From positions 1 through 27,953 of the IMG/VR virus record IMGVR_UViG_3300046007_003530: a stretch of DNA of 27,953 nucleotides. One strand, written 5' to 3'. Below, piece by piece: positions 8,401-17,075 of the stretch (the first letter of the stretch is position 1; each line of letters starts with the position of its first letter). Source of the DNA: a virus. Its lineage: Duplodnaviria; Caudoviricetes. The translations under genes were made by a program, and so were the position numbers. The notes under the pieces are model-generated. The model had not been told where the DNA came from. It searched no databases and saw only the letters and a list, made by a program, of their open reading frames with translations.

Positions 8401-9378
8401 TGGACTTTATATGTATTTCCGGCCAATCGATTACAATGGGGAACTACTACGCCGCAAACACCAGCCAACTTGAGAACTGGTAACACCACACTAGTTCCTG
8501 GACAGTGGTATCATATAGCTGTTACTAGATCGGGCACCACAGTGACTTTGTGGGTCAATGGCGTATCAGATGGAACGGTCACTGACAGTGCTAACTATAG
8601 TGCTAACGGCACCTTGGACATTGGCATCAGCCACAGCAGCAATTACTTCACTGGCTACATGTCTGGAGTGCGTGTGATCAAAGGCACAGCTCTTTACACA
8701 TCTACCTTTACACCACCTACTACACCGCCCACACCTATAGTAAACACCAGCTTGCTTCACAACTTTACTAATGCTGGTATTATAGACGCTACTGGCAAAA
8801 ACATATTAGAAACTGTCAATCAAGCACAACTTAGTAACGTAGATAAAAAGTATGGCACTGGGTCAATTTTGTTTGATGGCACAGATGACCACGTAGTGAT
8901 GCCATATTCTCAAAATTATACCTTTGCCACCGGACCGTTCACAATAGAATGTTGGGTAAAATTTAATACTTTATCTGGTAACAGATTGATATTTGACACT
9001 TATACTTCAGCAGCAACAGGCGGCGGCTATCAACTGTATTGGAGAGGCACCGGTACCAGTATAGCTTTTTATGCCAACGGCGGAGTTCAAGCTCAAAGCT
9101 CGTTTACTGGACATACGACTGGAACCTGGTATCACGTGGCTGTAACCAGAAACACAGCTGGAACGTTGCAAATTTTCATTGATGGTGTCAGCTATGCCTC
9201 GGTTTCATATGCTACAGCCATTGACATTGCAGCCAGCGCCCGCCCCGCGATTGGAATTCAATTTACCACTCTTACCAACGATCTTGATGGGTACATTGAT
9301 GATTTAAGGGTGACCAAAGGCTTTGCTCGATACACAGCCAATTTTGCGCCACCCACAGCTACTTTCAAATTAAGATAA
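5491..9378 (+). CDS. Large lectin-like fibre tip protein: IPT/TIG + Ig-like + five LamG/ConA-like domains
   Basis: GGFVRITGTGFKTGANVFLG...VFNTDG (IPT/TIG); PLTY..LAVNSAGYLSGT..YTVTVVVDD (Ig-like); five copies of [FW]TxExW[VI]Y...W[THY]H[VI]A.[VT]R.G...L[FYW][VIL][ND]G...GY[IM]S.[LV]R. Confidence 0.85.
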   Translation: MAITKASAQTTVNSGVTAAAAATVNQITTAPSTATVVAGGGSLGGVTISNVAITDSTFANVLSGDTAVSSAGGFVRITGTGFKTGANVFLGSTVLANTFVDSTRINANIPATAAGNYQFTVFNTDGSGAISPAGLLISGPPSWTTTSYTSGSLTLGIQLLASGDAPLTYYIQPGSANPQNLAVNSAGYLSGTVSAEGSYTVTVVVDDAQGQSTQADITTTISLTDPYFNLTTLALSADTNVWITDASTNRFVATLQADVRPLAFSPYKTSWSNFFSGTSDYLRADAALSSITSTSQSWTVECWVYPLVAGSSGPTTDDYIIGMNTIASGANEFLIGLQNIYVNGSASALTSPIGSRQWTHVAAVYNGSTLKVYINGVLSNSFNETVGPLNLCVFGIGVEFDAANGGTPSNYFNGYISNLRFVADTEVYTANFTPPTSPLTAIANTSLLTCQSNRFIDNSTNNFTITKAGDPTVSNFGPFDETDTTTGSGFFDGTGDRIEFANDVALQMGTGSFTIEAWVYSTASQSLNSGIVAKGAASTGFTINVTGTTVAVAQGGTASLLTSASGAVPLNAWTHVAYVRSGTTIYLFVNGIQVDTGTSSYDLTETNLLRIGANRTNGAQFQGYISNVRVIKGTALYTSNFTPSTTLFTAVANTSLLTLQYPVGENNHRFVDSSGFNHLVTRNGNATQGTYSPFSQTGWSNYFDGSGDFLSLADNAALNPGTSDFVMEAWVYITAPTGNNQGFNGKGTAGTDGYSFFMTNDRVLSFVWNGTGGATITGGTLNLNQWHHIAVVRNSNVIRLYLDGTGAGSSTACTTDITSTATKFVGQARGGNPILGYMSNYRMIKGSRPATYNATSLSLTVPTSPLTAISGTSLLTCQSNRFIDNSTNAFAITRNGDTIVQAFSPFAPDAEYSAATNGGSAYFDGTGDNLTQASGQQVSFGTGNFTIEAWIYWTTSIASESAIMWGNGVGWTLYVFPANRLQWGTTTPQTPANLRTGNTTLVPGQWYHIAVTRSGTTVTLWVNGVSDGTVTDSANYSANGTLDIGISHSSNYFTGYMSGVRVIKGTALYTSTFTPPTTPPTPIVNTSLLHNFTNAGIIDATGKNILETVNQAQLSNVDKKYGTGSILFDGTDDHVVMPYSQNYTFATGPFTIECWVKFNTLSGNRLIFDTYTSAATGGGYQLYWRGTGTSIAFYANGGVQAQSSFTGHTTGTWYHVAVTRNTAGTLQIFIDGVSYASVSYATAIDIAASARPAIGIQFTTLTNDLDGYIDDLRVTKGFARYTANFAPPTATFKLR

Positions 9379-9381
9379 GTA
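9376..9381 (+). promoter_or_regulatory. Possible variant late promoter (ATAAGTA)
   Basis: One mismatch to TAAATA, overlaps the stop codon, 17 nt before ATG 9399 with AAGG between. Confidence 0.3.
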
Positions 9382-9398
9382 TGTAAAAAGGTCCAACA

Positions 9399-9929
9399 AT
9401 GTCATTTCCAACAAATCCTGCTAACGGTCAAACAACTGTAGTAAATGGTATTACCTACATTTACAATCAAACCAACAATGCTTGGAAAAGACAGACACTC
9501 ACTGATATTACAACATCCGGCAACATCACTGCAACTACGGTCACCACTGCAACTGGAGTAAACTTTGCAGACGGGTCAAGAATCACTTCCGGATTGGTAT
9601 ATGATTTGGATGCTATTCGTCCGGACGGTCGAACCAGCTTGTTCAGGCTGACTTATAATCAAAACACAGTCACAGTTGCCAATCCGTGGAACTTGTTAGT
9701 TACTATAAATGGTATTTTTCAACCGGCCTACACTGAAAACACTGATCTAGTATGGTTAAGTCATGCAGTGTTTGCCGATGTTGGTTATACCATTTCCGCG
9801 GGCAACTTGAAATTTTCTGAATCACCACCAGCTGGTACTACGGTTTATGCTAGAACACAACCTGGTTCATCACAGCCCACACCAAAAATATACCCATTTA
9901 AACCAGTTGATATTGCGTTGGGTATGTAA
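9399..9929 (+). CDS. Fibre anchor-like protein (MSFP family), cassette D
   Basis: MSFPTNPANGQTTVVNGITYIYNQTNNAWKR N-terminus; LLVTINGIFQP...YTISAGNLKFSESPPAG beta module; ends PVDIALGM. Confidence 0.7.
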   Translation: MSFPTNPANGQTTVVNGITYIYNQTNNAWKRQTLTDITTSGNITATTVTTATGVNFADGSRITSGLVYDLDAIRPDGRTSLFRLTYNQNTVTVANPWNLLVTINGIFQPAYTENTDLVWLSHAVFADVGYTISAGNLKFSESPPAGTTVYARTQPGSSQPTPKIYPFKPVDIALGM

Positions 9930-9933
9930 CAGC

Positions 9934-9939
9934 TAAATA
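9934..9939 (+). promoter_or_regulatory. Putative late promoter (CTAAATA)
   Basis: Intergenic TAAATA 20 nt before ATG 9960, with a GGAG RBS between. Confidence 0.6.
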
Positions 9940-9959
9940 AGCAATATATCGGAGCACAC

Positions 9960-12900
9960 ATGGCTAGAAAAGCGATTTTAGACACTTATTACACATTTAC
10001 ACCAAGTACAAAAACTATAGTGATTCCTAGGCCCTTGCCTCGAGAGCGTTTTGTCTTGATCACCAATGTAACCACAAATCAAGTAATTTATAATTTTTCA
10101 GACACTAGTTTAACATTAGCTAGTCACAGCATTACCACTGATGCCGCTAACAATACTGTAACTACCATTGTATTGGCATACAATACCAGCGGTATGGCCA
10201 GCACTGATCGGCTACAGATCATCATTGACGAATTTGAAGAAAGTTTTAAACCGTCGGAGCTGTATACAGACCCAGTTAATAAGTTTAGAATAAGTCAACC
10301 GCAGGCACTGATTGATACAGACTTTGAATATAGTACTCAGGCTACTAAGTGGGAAAGCCTTGGGTTAACTAATAATCGCCCGTTTGCATCCTGGAATACA
10401 AATAATCCAATTACTATAACTGGTATTAATGCAACAAACAATTCTAGAACAATAACCGTTTTAACTTCTAGCCCACCTGCCGCAGGTACTGCTGTGTTTA
10501 TAATAGATACTTTGTTTGCCGCAGCCGATGGTTTATACATTGTTGATGCTGTTAGTGCAGGAACAAGCTTTACATATACAGCTCGTAGCGCATTCACTGG
10601 TGTTACAGGATCAATTTTTGTAAGCGGTGTTACCGCGGCTTACAGTGGTAGTATATTCAGTAATGCAGCCATCACATTCAGTAGTATTGGCTTTAGCGGT
10701 AATTTGGTAAATGTGGTTACAAGTGTACCGCACGGTTTGGCAGTAGGTAATGAAATAGCGGTGTCTGGCACTAACCAAACTAATGCAAATGGTTCCTGGG
10801 TAGTTGCCGGAGTCGGAAATAGCTCATCATTTAGTTATTATAGTGTAACTGCACCGGCTGGTAATCCTACCGGTGGTAACGTATATGTAAGACCACAGGG
10901 TGCGTTTCAACATAGATCTTATGACGGTGGAGTGCAATTTAGCACATTTACGTCAAGTCACAACGAGCAAATTATTAGACAAACTCGTAGATATTTCCGT
11001 TATCAAAGTGGTAAAGGTGTACAAATGAGTACTGGTTCCACCATGAAGCCCAGTATTCAAGTTGATAGTATTACTAGCAGCGGTACTACAGTTACAGTCG
11101 TAACTAAAGCTGCACAATTTATACAGCCCGGCCTTAATATAATTATTGCTGGTTGCAATGAAACCGCCTATAACGGCAGTTTTACTGTAGTGCAAAGTTT
11201 AGATAGATACAGATTTACATATACCGCAGCCAGTACACCTAGTAGTACCACTGCCACCGGATTTCCGCAGCTTACGATAGCAAGCTGGGTAGGAGCTAGT
11301 ATCAGATTAGGAATGTTTGATAACCAAAACGGATTATTTTTTGAATTTGACGGCCAACAACTGTATGCTGTTAAGCGTAGTAGTACATATCAGATTGGTG
11401 CACTTGGAAATGTGGCAGTTGGTGGTGCTGTAGTTAGTGCTGCAACAAACAATACTGCTACTCCAACTTTTGCAAGACAATTAAGTCCCAATGATTTTAT
11501 TTCTATCAAAGGCATGACCTATCGTGTAGTTGATATCGCATCAGATTCCAGTTTTACAATTACACCACCGTATCGTGGATTAATCTCTGCAAATAATGCA
11601 GTAATCACAAAAACAATTGAACAAAGAATACCTCAAAGTCAATGGAATATTGATCGCGCCGACGGTACTGGGCCTAGCGGTTATAGATTAGACCTAGGTC
11701 GCATGCAAATGTTCTATATTGATTATTCATGGTATGGTGCAGGATTTATTCGCTGGGGATTCCGCGGTTCCGGTGGAGATATCATATATGTTCATAAACA
11801 AGCCAACAACAATATTAACTATGAAGCATATATGCGTTCTGGTAACTTGCCAGGCCGATATGAAGTCAATACGTTTAGCAAATATACAATTTTGACTAGC
11901 AGTTTGGGTACCAGTGATTCTACTATGAGTGTGGCGGATCACCTAGAATTTCCAAGCTCGGGCACATTGTGGATTCATAATCAAACTGCTAGCGAATTTG
12001 TTTCTTATACAGGAAAAAGTGGAACTGCTTCACTGAGTTTCAATATTACGGCTGGTAGTACTGTAATTACAGGCGCCAGCACAACTGGTGTAACAACTGG
12101 GCAATACGTTGTCGCTAACGGCATTCCATCTGGAACTACTGTACAAAGTGTTGTAACCAATACATCAGTAACACTAAGTCAACCTGCTACCTTTACTTCT
12201 ACGCAAACAGTTACATTTGGTCCAACATTTACTGGATTAACTAGAGGTAGTCCGGGTGTTACACAAACTGTAGTTCAAACCGCTAACAGTGCGATTGTAA
12301 CCGCAAGTAATACACTAAATGTACAAGTTGGGCAGTACGTTGTAGGGACTGGAATTCCAGCAGATACATTTGTGGCCAGTGTATCAACTAACACATCGGT
12401 TACATTAACTGAAGCAGCAACATCATCCGCCACACAAGCAATGATTTTTGGTAGAATGGGAACCGGTGGCCCGCAGAGTTTTACTTATAGTGCAACTGCA
12501 CCTGTGGCAGTTGAGCTACACAGTCCTAGTTTTAGTCCTACTATTAGCCACTGGGGTACTAGCGTTATCATGGATGGGCGATACGATGATGACAAGTCAT
12601 TTGTATTTACAAATGGAATGACAGCTGGGTTATCAGTCACGACAGGTTCTACTAACGCACTTCAGAGTTATAGAATTGCACCTAGTGTTAGCAACGGTTT
12701 AGCCGGTGGTACACTAGGAACAAGAGAAATTGTTAACCGTATGCAGATGGTTTTACGATCTTTAGGATTATTTAATAACGGACAGTTTTTGGTTACTATA
12801 GTTCTTAACGGACAGTTAAGTTCAGGAGCTCCGGCTTGGACAAACGTAGGTGGTTCTAGCTTGGCACAATACATTAATCATAATTCAGGCACAACTATAT

Positions 12901-13145
12901 CCGGCGGCGAAACTATTTTTGGTTTCTATTTAAACACAGCTGGTGGTACTAACTTTACAACTACAACAGCAGAATTAGATTTGGTAAGAGATTTAGGAAC
13001 TAGCATTCTTGGTGGAGGACAAAATATTGCAAATACTGCATATTATCCAGACGGCCCGGACATTATCACTATCATGGCTAGAAATGTTGGAAGTTCGACT
13101 GCAAATGTAGCATGTAGACTTTCCTGGACCGAAGCACAAGCATAA
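9960..13145 (+). CDS. Large virion structural/fibre protein (1061 aa) with repeated small beta modules
   Basis: Thr/Ser-rich; repeats such as VNVVTSVPHGLAVGNEIAVSG / VTVVTKAAQFIQPGLNIIIAG; lectin-like core RQTRRYFRYQSGKG...IDYSWYGAGFIRWG; two GQYVV.GIP..T.V.SV.TNTSVTL repeats. Confidence 0.7.
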   Translation: MARKAILDTYYTFTPSTKTIVIPRPLPRERFVLITNVTTNQVIYNFSDTSLTLASHSITTDAANNTVTTIVLAYNTSGMASTDRLQIIIDEFEESFKPSELYTDPVNKFRISQPQALIDTDFEYSTQATKWESLGLTNNRPFASWNTNNPITITGINATNNSRTITVLTSSPPAAGTAVFIIDTLFAAADGLYIVDAVSAGTSFTYTARSAFTGVTGSIFVSGVTAAYSGSIFSNAAITFSSIGFSGNLVNVVTSVPHGLAVGNEIAVSGTNQTNANGSWVVAGVGNSSSFSYYSVTAPAGNPTGGNVYVRPQGAFQHRSYDGGVQFSTFTSSHNEQIIRQTRRYFRYQSGKGVQMSTGSTMKPSIQVDSITSSGTTVTVVTKAAQFIQPGLNIIIAGCNETAYNGSFTVVQSLDRYRFTYTAASTPSSTTATGFPQLTIASWVGASIRLGMFDNQNGLFFEFDGQQLYAVKRSSTYQIGALGNVAVGGAVVSAATNNTATPTFARQLSPNDFISIKGMTYRVVDIASDSSFTITPPYRGLISANNAVITKTIEQRIPQSQWNIDRADGTGPSGYRLDLGRMQMFYIDYSWYGAGFIRWGFRGSGGDIIYVHKQANNNINYEAYMRSGNLPGRYEVNTFSKYTILTSSLGTSDSTMSVADHLEFPSSGTLWIHNQTASEFVSYTGKSGTASLSFNITAGSTVITGASTTGVTTGQYVVANGIPSGTTVQSVVTNTSVTLSQPATFTSTQTVTFGPTFTGLTRGSPGVTQTVVQTANSAIVTASNTLNVQVGQYVVGTGIPADTFVASVSTNTSVTLTEAATSSATQAMIFGRMGTGGPQSFTYSATAPVAVELHSPSFSPTISHWGTSVIMDGRYDDDKSFVFTNGMTAGLSVTTGSTNALQSYRIAPSVSNGLAGGTLGTREIVNRMQMVLRSLGLFNNGQFLVTIVLNGQLSSGAPAWTNVGGSSLAQYINHNSGTTISGGETIFGFYLNTAGGTNFTTTTAELDLVRDLGTSILGGGQNIANTAYYPDGPDIITIMARNVGSSTANVACRLSWTEAQA

Positions 13146-13158
13146 CTTGGATTGATAT

Positions 13159-13905
13159 ATGGCCATACTTAAAAAGATTTACAGAAAAGATTATACCGGT
13201 GAAGACATTGTAACGCAGGCAGTGTACGAAAATTCTGCCTGGAATTACAGCAAAGAAACAGCAGGTACAAGTTTTGCATTTACTCCCAAGTCCGACACAG
13301 CAGTGGTAATAGGTAATGGTCTAGGACAACGTATCATTGATTTAAAACTTCTCAAAAAAGAACGAGGATTTCAAGGTTCAAAAACTTTGAGACTGTATGG
13401 ATGCAATGCGTTATATAGAGATTTTGATCCTGATTTTTTAGTAGTTACACGTGATGGTATAGCAAATGAAATTGTAACTGCCAATTTGAAATCCGGAGAT
13501 TACTGTAAAAATCACATTGTGTACGCAAGTGTAAAAAATATTCTCAACTATCCAGGTAATTTTCATGTTATACCACAAAATCCAGGTTGGAATTCTGGTG
13601 CAATTGCTGCCTACATGGCATGTTTTGATGGACACAAAAAAGTCTATTTGCTAGGACACGATACACTTGATACCCCGGGTGCAGATTATAATGTTTACTC
13701 TGGATCAAACGGCTATGCAGGAAAAAATACTGCGTCTGCTTTGTTGTATGAAAACAGTATGTTACAGGTTTTTCAAACCTATAATGATGTAGATTTTGTT
13801 CTAGTTAACAAGACTGGTAAAGGATACATACCTGAGTCTTGGAAATACTGTTTAAATCTTAGACGTCTAAATCTAAGACAGTTTGTTTTAGAAGCAGATA
13901 TTTAA
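13159..13905 (+). CDS. Glycosyltransferase-fold protein (CstII/GT42-GT29/Maf-like)
   Basis: AVVIGNG..., YGCNALYRDFDPDFLV, NSGAIAAYMACFDGHKKVYLLGHD match the Rossmann-type motifs of the sialyltransferase/Maf (DUF115-like) family. Confidence 0.6.
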   Translation: MAILKKIYRKDYTGEDIVTQAVYENSAWNYSKETAGTSFAFTPKSDTAVVIGNGLGQRIIDLKLLKKERGFQGSKTLRLYGCNALYRDFDPDFLVVTRDGIANEIVTANLKSGDYCKNHIVYASVKNILNYPGNFHVIPQNPGWNSGAIAAYMACFDGHKKVYLLGHDTLDTPGADYNVYSGSNGYAGKNTASALLYENSMLQVFQTYNDVDFVLVNKTGKGYIPESWKYCLNLRRLNLRQFVLEADI

Positions 13906-14324
13906 AACAGTTTTTCAACTGTTTTTATTTTTTCTATAATACTAGTAAAACTAAAAGTTCTCCACACGCCAGGATGTAATGGTTTAGGATGATCAGCTAT
14001 AGCAGTCCAAGCAAACCCTCTATGTTCGTCGTTTAACTGGGGAACAAATTCATCGTTGACTGTGACAAGATAGGTATGATACTCGAAGTTTTTTGTTTCT
14101 GCAGTAAATTTTTCTAAAGGTATAATTTTTTCGTAGGCGACGTCGCCAATTTCTTCTTTGATTTCTCTTTGTAAGGCAGCAGCAGGTGTTTCTCCTGGTT
14201 CAACTCCACCACCAACTAGGCCCCATGATCCGGCATGTTTTTTTTGGTTGCGTAATAAAAACAGGTATCTTTGAGTACGTTTGCTAAAAATTAATGCACC
14301 GCAACCTATATTACAATTGACCAT
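13902..14324 (-). CDS. Nudix hydrolase
   Basis: Nudix box GGVEPGETPAAALQREIKEEIG, preceded by WGLVGG; EHRGFAW near the C-terminus. Confidence 0.92.
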   Translation of the reverse strand: MVNCNIGCGALIFSKRTQRYLFLLRNQKKHAGSWGLVGGGVEPGETPAAALQREIKEEIGDVAYEKIIPLEKFTAETKNFEYHTYLVTVNDEFVPQLNDEHRGFAWTAIADHPKPLHPGVWRTFSFTSIIEKIKTVEKLF

Positions 14325-15670
14325 TCACCGCCTCGATATACACCTTCCACGCTCTTGACCCAGGCCGAACCTGTCCATCTATATTGAATGTTTGTGTTGT
14401 TGTTAGTTACGTATTCTAAATTGGTTTGACTTTCACTATCCCACACTACAGACCAGGAGGCTAAAAATGCATTGTATTCGATGATGTCATTGGCATTGGC
14501 CACTAAATCTCCCCAGGCACTGTAACCACCGGTGTTCACTTGACTACCTATACTGTCGGTTAATAAGTATCTCGTTCCTGATGTTGGAGTTGATAATACA
14601 CTATCATAATCAACATTTTGTGGATTAATAATAGCGTCTATAGAATCTAATGTGTTGCTCGGCATGGAATCTTCAATTGCAGTAAACAACAACACGGTTG
14701 GATCCGAAGGATGATAGGTAACGTGTCCGATTAATTCATTACCTGTCGGTAGTTCCAATCTTATCTCAGTTTGTCCTGTACGTAAAGTTCCATACACTTC
14801 TATTAGAGCTTGCCAGTTATTAACTGGATCAGTAACATGTAAAGTGCCATCATCTTCGGCGATCTCATGAGGTTTTAATAACTTCAATTGATTGCCTGCG
14901 TAGTAAATTCCATAGTTCATTGGTGTATATTTTACTTTGGCAATTAAGTTTGATAAAATTGTATTTTCATCAAAGGCGCCTTGTTCGTCGTATATGCTGG
15001 CAATAACTTTTTGTATAACGCCGAGTTTTTTAACTTTGGCAGGACTACTGATCCAGATTGGCATTTCAAATGTCATTGTGGCTATATCTATAGGCTCTTC
15101 GGCACCACTTGGTACTGTGCGTGAAGTCCAATTGACATCTGACAGTTGTACAAAGGTCAAACTGGTCCAGTCGATATAATTGTCTGTGCTTTGAATTTCT
15201 AAACTGGGATTGAACAGCGTTGCAATCTGTTCGATGATTTGCATTTTCTGTTCTGTATTACTGGTCCATATGTCCAATTTTATTGTGAGTTTATATGGAA
15301 CTGGCATCAATCTTTCTACAGTATATGCATCGCCTTGTTGTGTATCGTACAATCCTGTTTCGGGATCAAAACGACGTTCACGCAAATGCATCTTGCTAAC
15401 AAAATTTGGCTCCTGCATGCGACTCTGTTCGTAGGTCAAAGCCGATATATAAGCACTCATGGCAGGAACAGCGTTCATGATATTCTCGCTGTTGTTGCGT
15501 AGAATAGTCTGTGCCTGTCTACTTGCATCTCCATAGTATACCGGAATACGTTGTAAAGTTCTTGTACCGTTACGGTCTTTGCCAAATTCTACTTCAAAAT
15601 TGCTAACAGCACGTATAAACTGTATTACAAATCTTCGTATCTGCCCGTCATAAAAATATTGCTGAGCCAT
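14306..15670 (-). CDS. gp15: Tail terminator / sheath stabilizer and completion protein (T4 gp15-like) with C-terminal extension
   Basis: YFYDGQIRRF...RIPVYYG...PVPYKLTIKLDIWT.N.EQ.MQIIEQI..LFNP, characteristic of gp15; about 180 extra C-terminal residues. Confidence 0.85.
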   Translation of the reverse strand: MAQQYFYDGQIRRFVIQFIRAVSNFEVEFGKDRNGTRTLQRIPVYYGDASRQAQTILRNNSENIMNAVPAMSAYISALTYEQSRMQEPNFVSKMHLRERRFDPETGLYDTQQGDAYTVERLMPVPYKLTIKLDIWTSNTEQKMQIIEQIATLFNPSLEIQSTDNYIDWTSLTFVQLSDVNWTSRTVPSGAEEPIDIATMTFEMPIWISSPAKVKKLGVIQKVIASIYDEQGAFDENTILSNLIAKVKYTPMNYGIYYAGNQLKLLKPHEIAEDDGTLHVTDPVNNWQALIEVYGTLRTGQTEIRLELPTGNELIGHVTYHPSDPTVLLFTAIEDSMPSNTLDSIDAIINPQNVDYDSVLSTPTSGTRYLLTDSIGSQVNTGGYSAWGDLVANANDIIEYNAFLASWSVVWDSESQTNLEYVTNNNTNIQYRWTGSAWVKSVEGVYRGGEWSIVI

Positions 15671-17055
15671 TAGTTATCTGCCTCTGGTCTTAAAGCCTGA
15701 CTTAGGCTTTGTCTAACTGTGATATTGCCTCTGTTGTTGGTATATGTACTTGTATCATTTACAAAGTTTGATCTTAGAGTATGGTTTTCTGGTCCTGGTG
15801 TTAGACTTGTTCTCACATTGTCTTCCATTTTTACCCAACGACGACCATCATATCTGAACAGTCTGTTAGGACTGTAATCGATCCTTAGACATAAATCACC
15901 AATTAATGGATTGATAGGAAACATAATACCTACCGCAACCGGAAGCCCATTCACTGTGCCACCTGCGGAAGTAAGATACCCTTTTAGTGGCTCGGCCGGG
16001 CTGTCAATACCTGAGCTTGAGTTTACTGTATTTCCGTCTGCTGTTAAATTACTATCGGCAGTAACACCTAAAGGTGCAGTTGGGTACAAGTTATCTTCGG
16101 TAGTAGGTTTTACATAAAAATAACTTGTATCATAACCTGAGTACGGAACATTGGTTTCGGCTTCTCTAATGATAGCGTCATTGATATCCTGATATTTTTG
16201 GATAATACTAGATATAGAGCCAAGGCTAACATTACCAGTACCGCTACCTGGTATAGTTTCATCTACTTTAATTTGGTTGAGAATGTCTTTGTATTCTTGA
16301 CTATCTGTTAATGGGTTAATTTTTGCACGCCACAAATGCGGCCACCATGTGGAACTGAAACCTTCTGCTGCGTTATTGCAATCGCCAATGACAAAATATC
16401 TTTTGAGAGCCACTGGTAGTGTGTCATCTAGTGGATTGTAATCTTTTAAATGCTGTAATTCAATCACATCACCGGCCATTAGTTTACGACCAATTACTTC
16501 TATCATGTCGTTGATATGAAAAACAATATATAAAGTACCGGCTTGTAAAAATAACCCAAATTGTCTAAGATCAAACGTGGCATCTTGTACAGAATATACA
16601 CCACGCATAGAGTAAACACTGGTATCGTATTTTCTATCTCTATTTTCTAAGAAAAATAAATCCTGTATGTTCTTGGCACTTTCGTTAATGTAACTAGGTT
16701 CGGCTGCATCTTTGAAAAATTTTACAGTTGTATTAGAGGATATTACACTGGTGGTGTTTGCACTTAAAGTAACAGTATTAGCAGTTTTAGCGATTACTTT
16801 GGTGCCAGTTGATATTGCATTTCCGGCCACATACATGCCCAATGCTATGTCTGCGGTATTTGCAATACCCAGGGCAGAGGAAACATTTGATTGTGTAGCA
16901 GTCGTACTTTTTGTTAAATTTTGTTCGTGCGTACCTAGATATTTGTGTACTAAAATTCCGGTACCGCCCACAGTGAACATCTCACTCATACGGCGGTCCA
17001 TAAATTTGTAATCGTTAGTGTGTCGTCCTTCTTTCCAAAGCGATAATCTAGGCAC
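15670..17055 (-). CDS. gp14: Neck protein (T4 gp14-like head closure) with insertions
   Basis: GTG start after TAAATA and a GGGA RBS; DL.FLENRDRKY...DLRQFGLFL..TLYIVFH...IGRKLMAGDVIEL motif; TAATG-coupled to gp15. Confidence 0.7.
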   Translation of the reverse strand: MPRLSLWKEGRHTNDYKFMDRRMSEMFTVGGTGILVHKYLGTHEQNLTKSTTATQSNVSSALGIANTADIALGMYVAGNAISTGTKVIAKTANTVTLSANTTSVISSNTTVKFFKDAAEPSYINESAKNIQDLFFLENRDRKYDTSVYSMRGVYSVQDATFDLRQFGLFLQAGTLYIVFHINDMIEVIGRKLMAGDVIELQHLKDYNPLDDTLPVALKRYFVIGDCNNAAEGFSSTWWPHLWRAKINPLTDSQEYKDILNQIKVDETIPGSGTGNVSLGSISSIIQKYQDINDAIIREAETNVPYSGYDTSYFYVKPTTEDNLYPTAPLGVTADSNLTADGNTVNSSSGIDSPAEPLKGYLTSAGGTVNGLPVAVGIMFPINPLIGDLCLRIDYSPNRLFRYDGRRWVKMEDNVRTSLTPGPENHTLRSNFVNDTSTYTNNRGNITVRQSLSQALRPEADN

Positions 17056-17075
17056 AATATTTTCCCATTATTTTA

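Noticed and set aside
1-13145. Diversity-generating retroelement or invertase shufflon acting on the fibre cassettes
   Set aside because: No reverse transcriptase or recombinase in the window, no near-identical TR/VR pair with adenine-specific mismatches seen, and all cassettes are co-oriented without inverted crossover sites.
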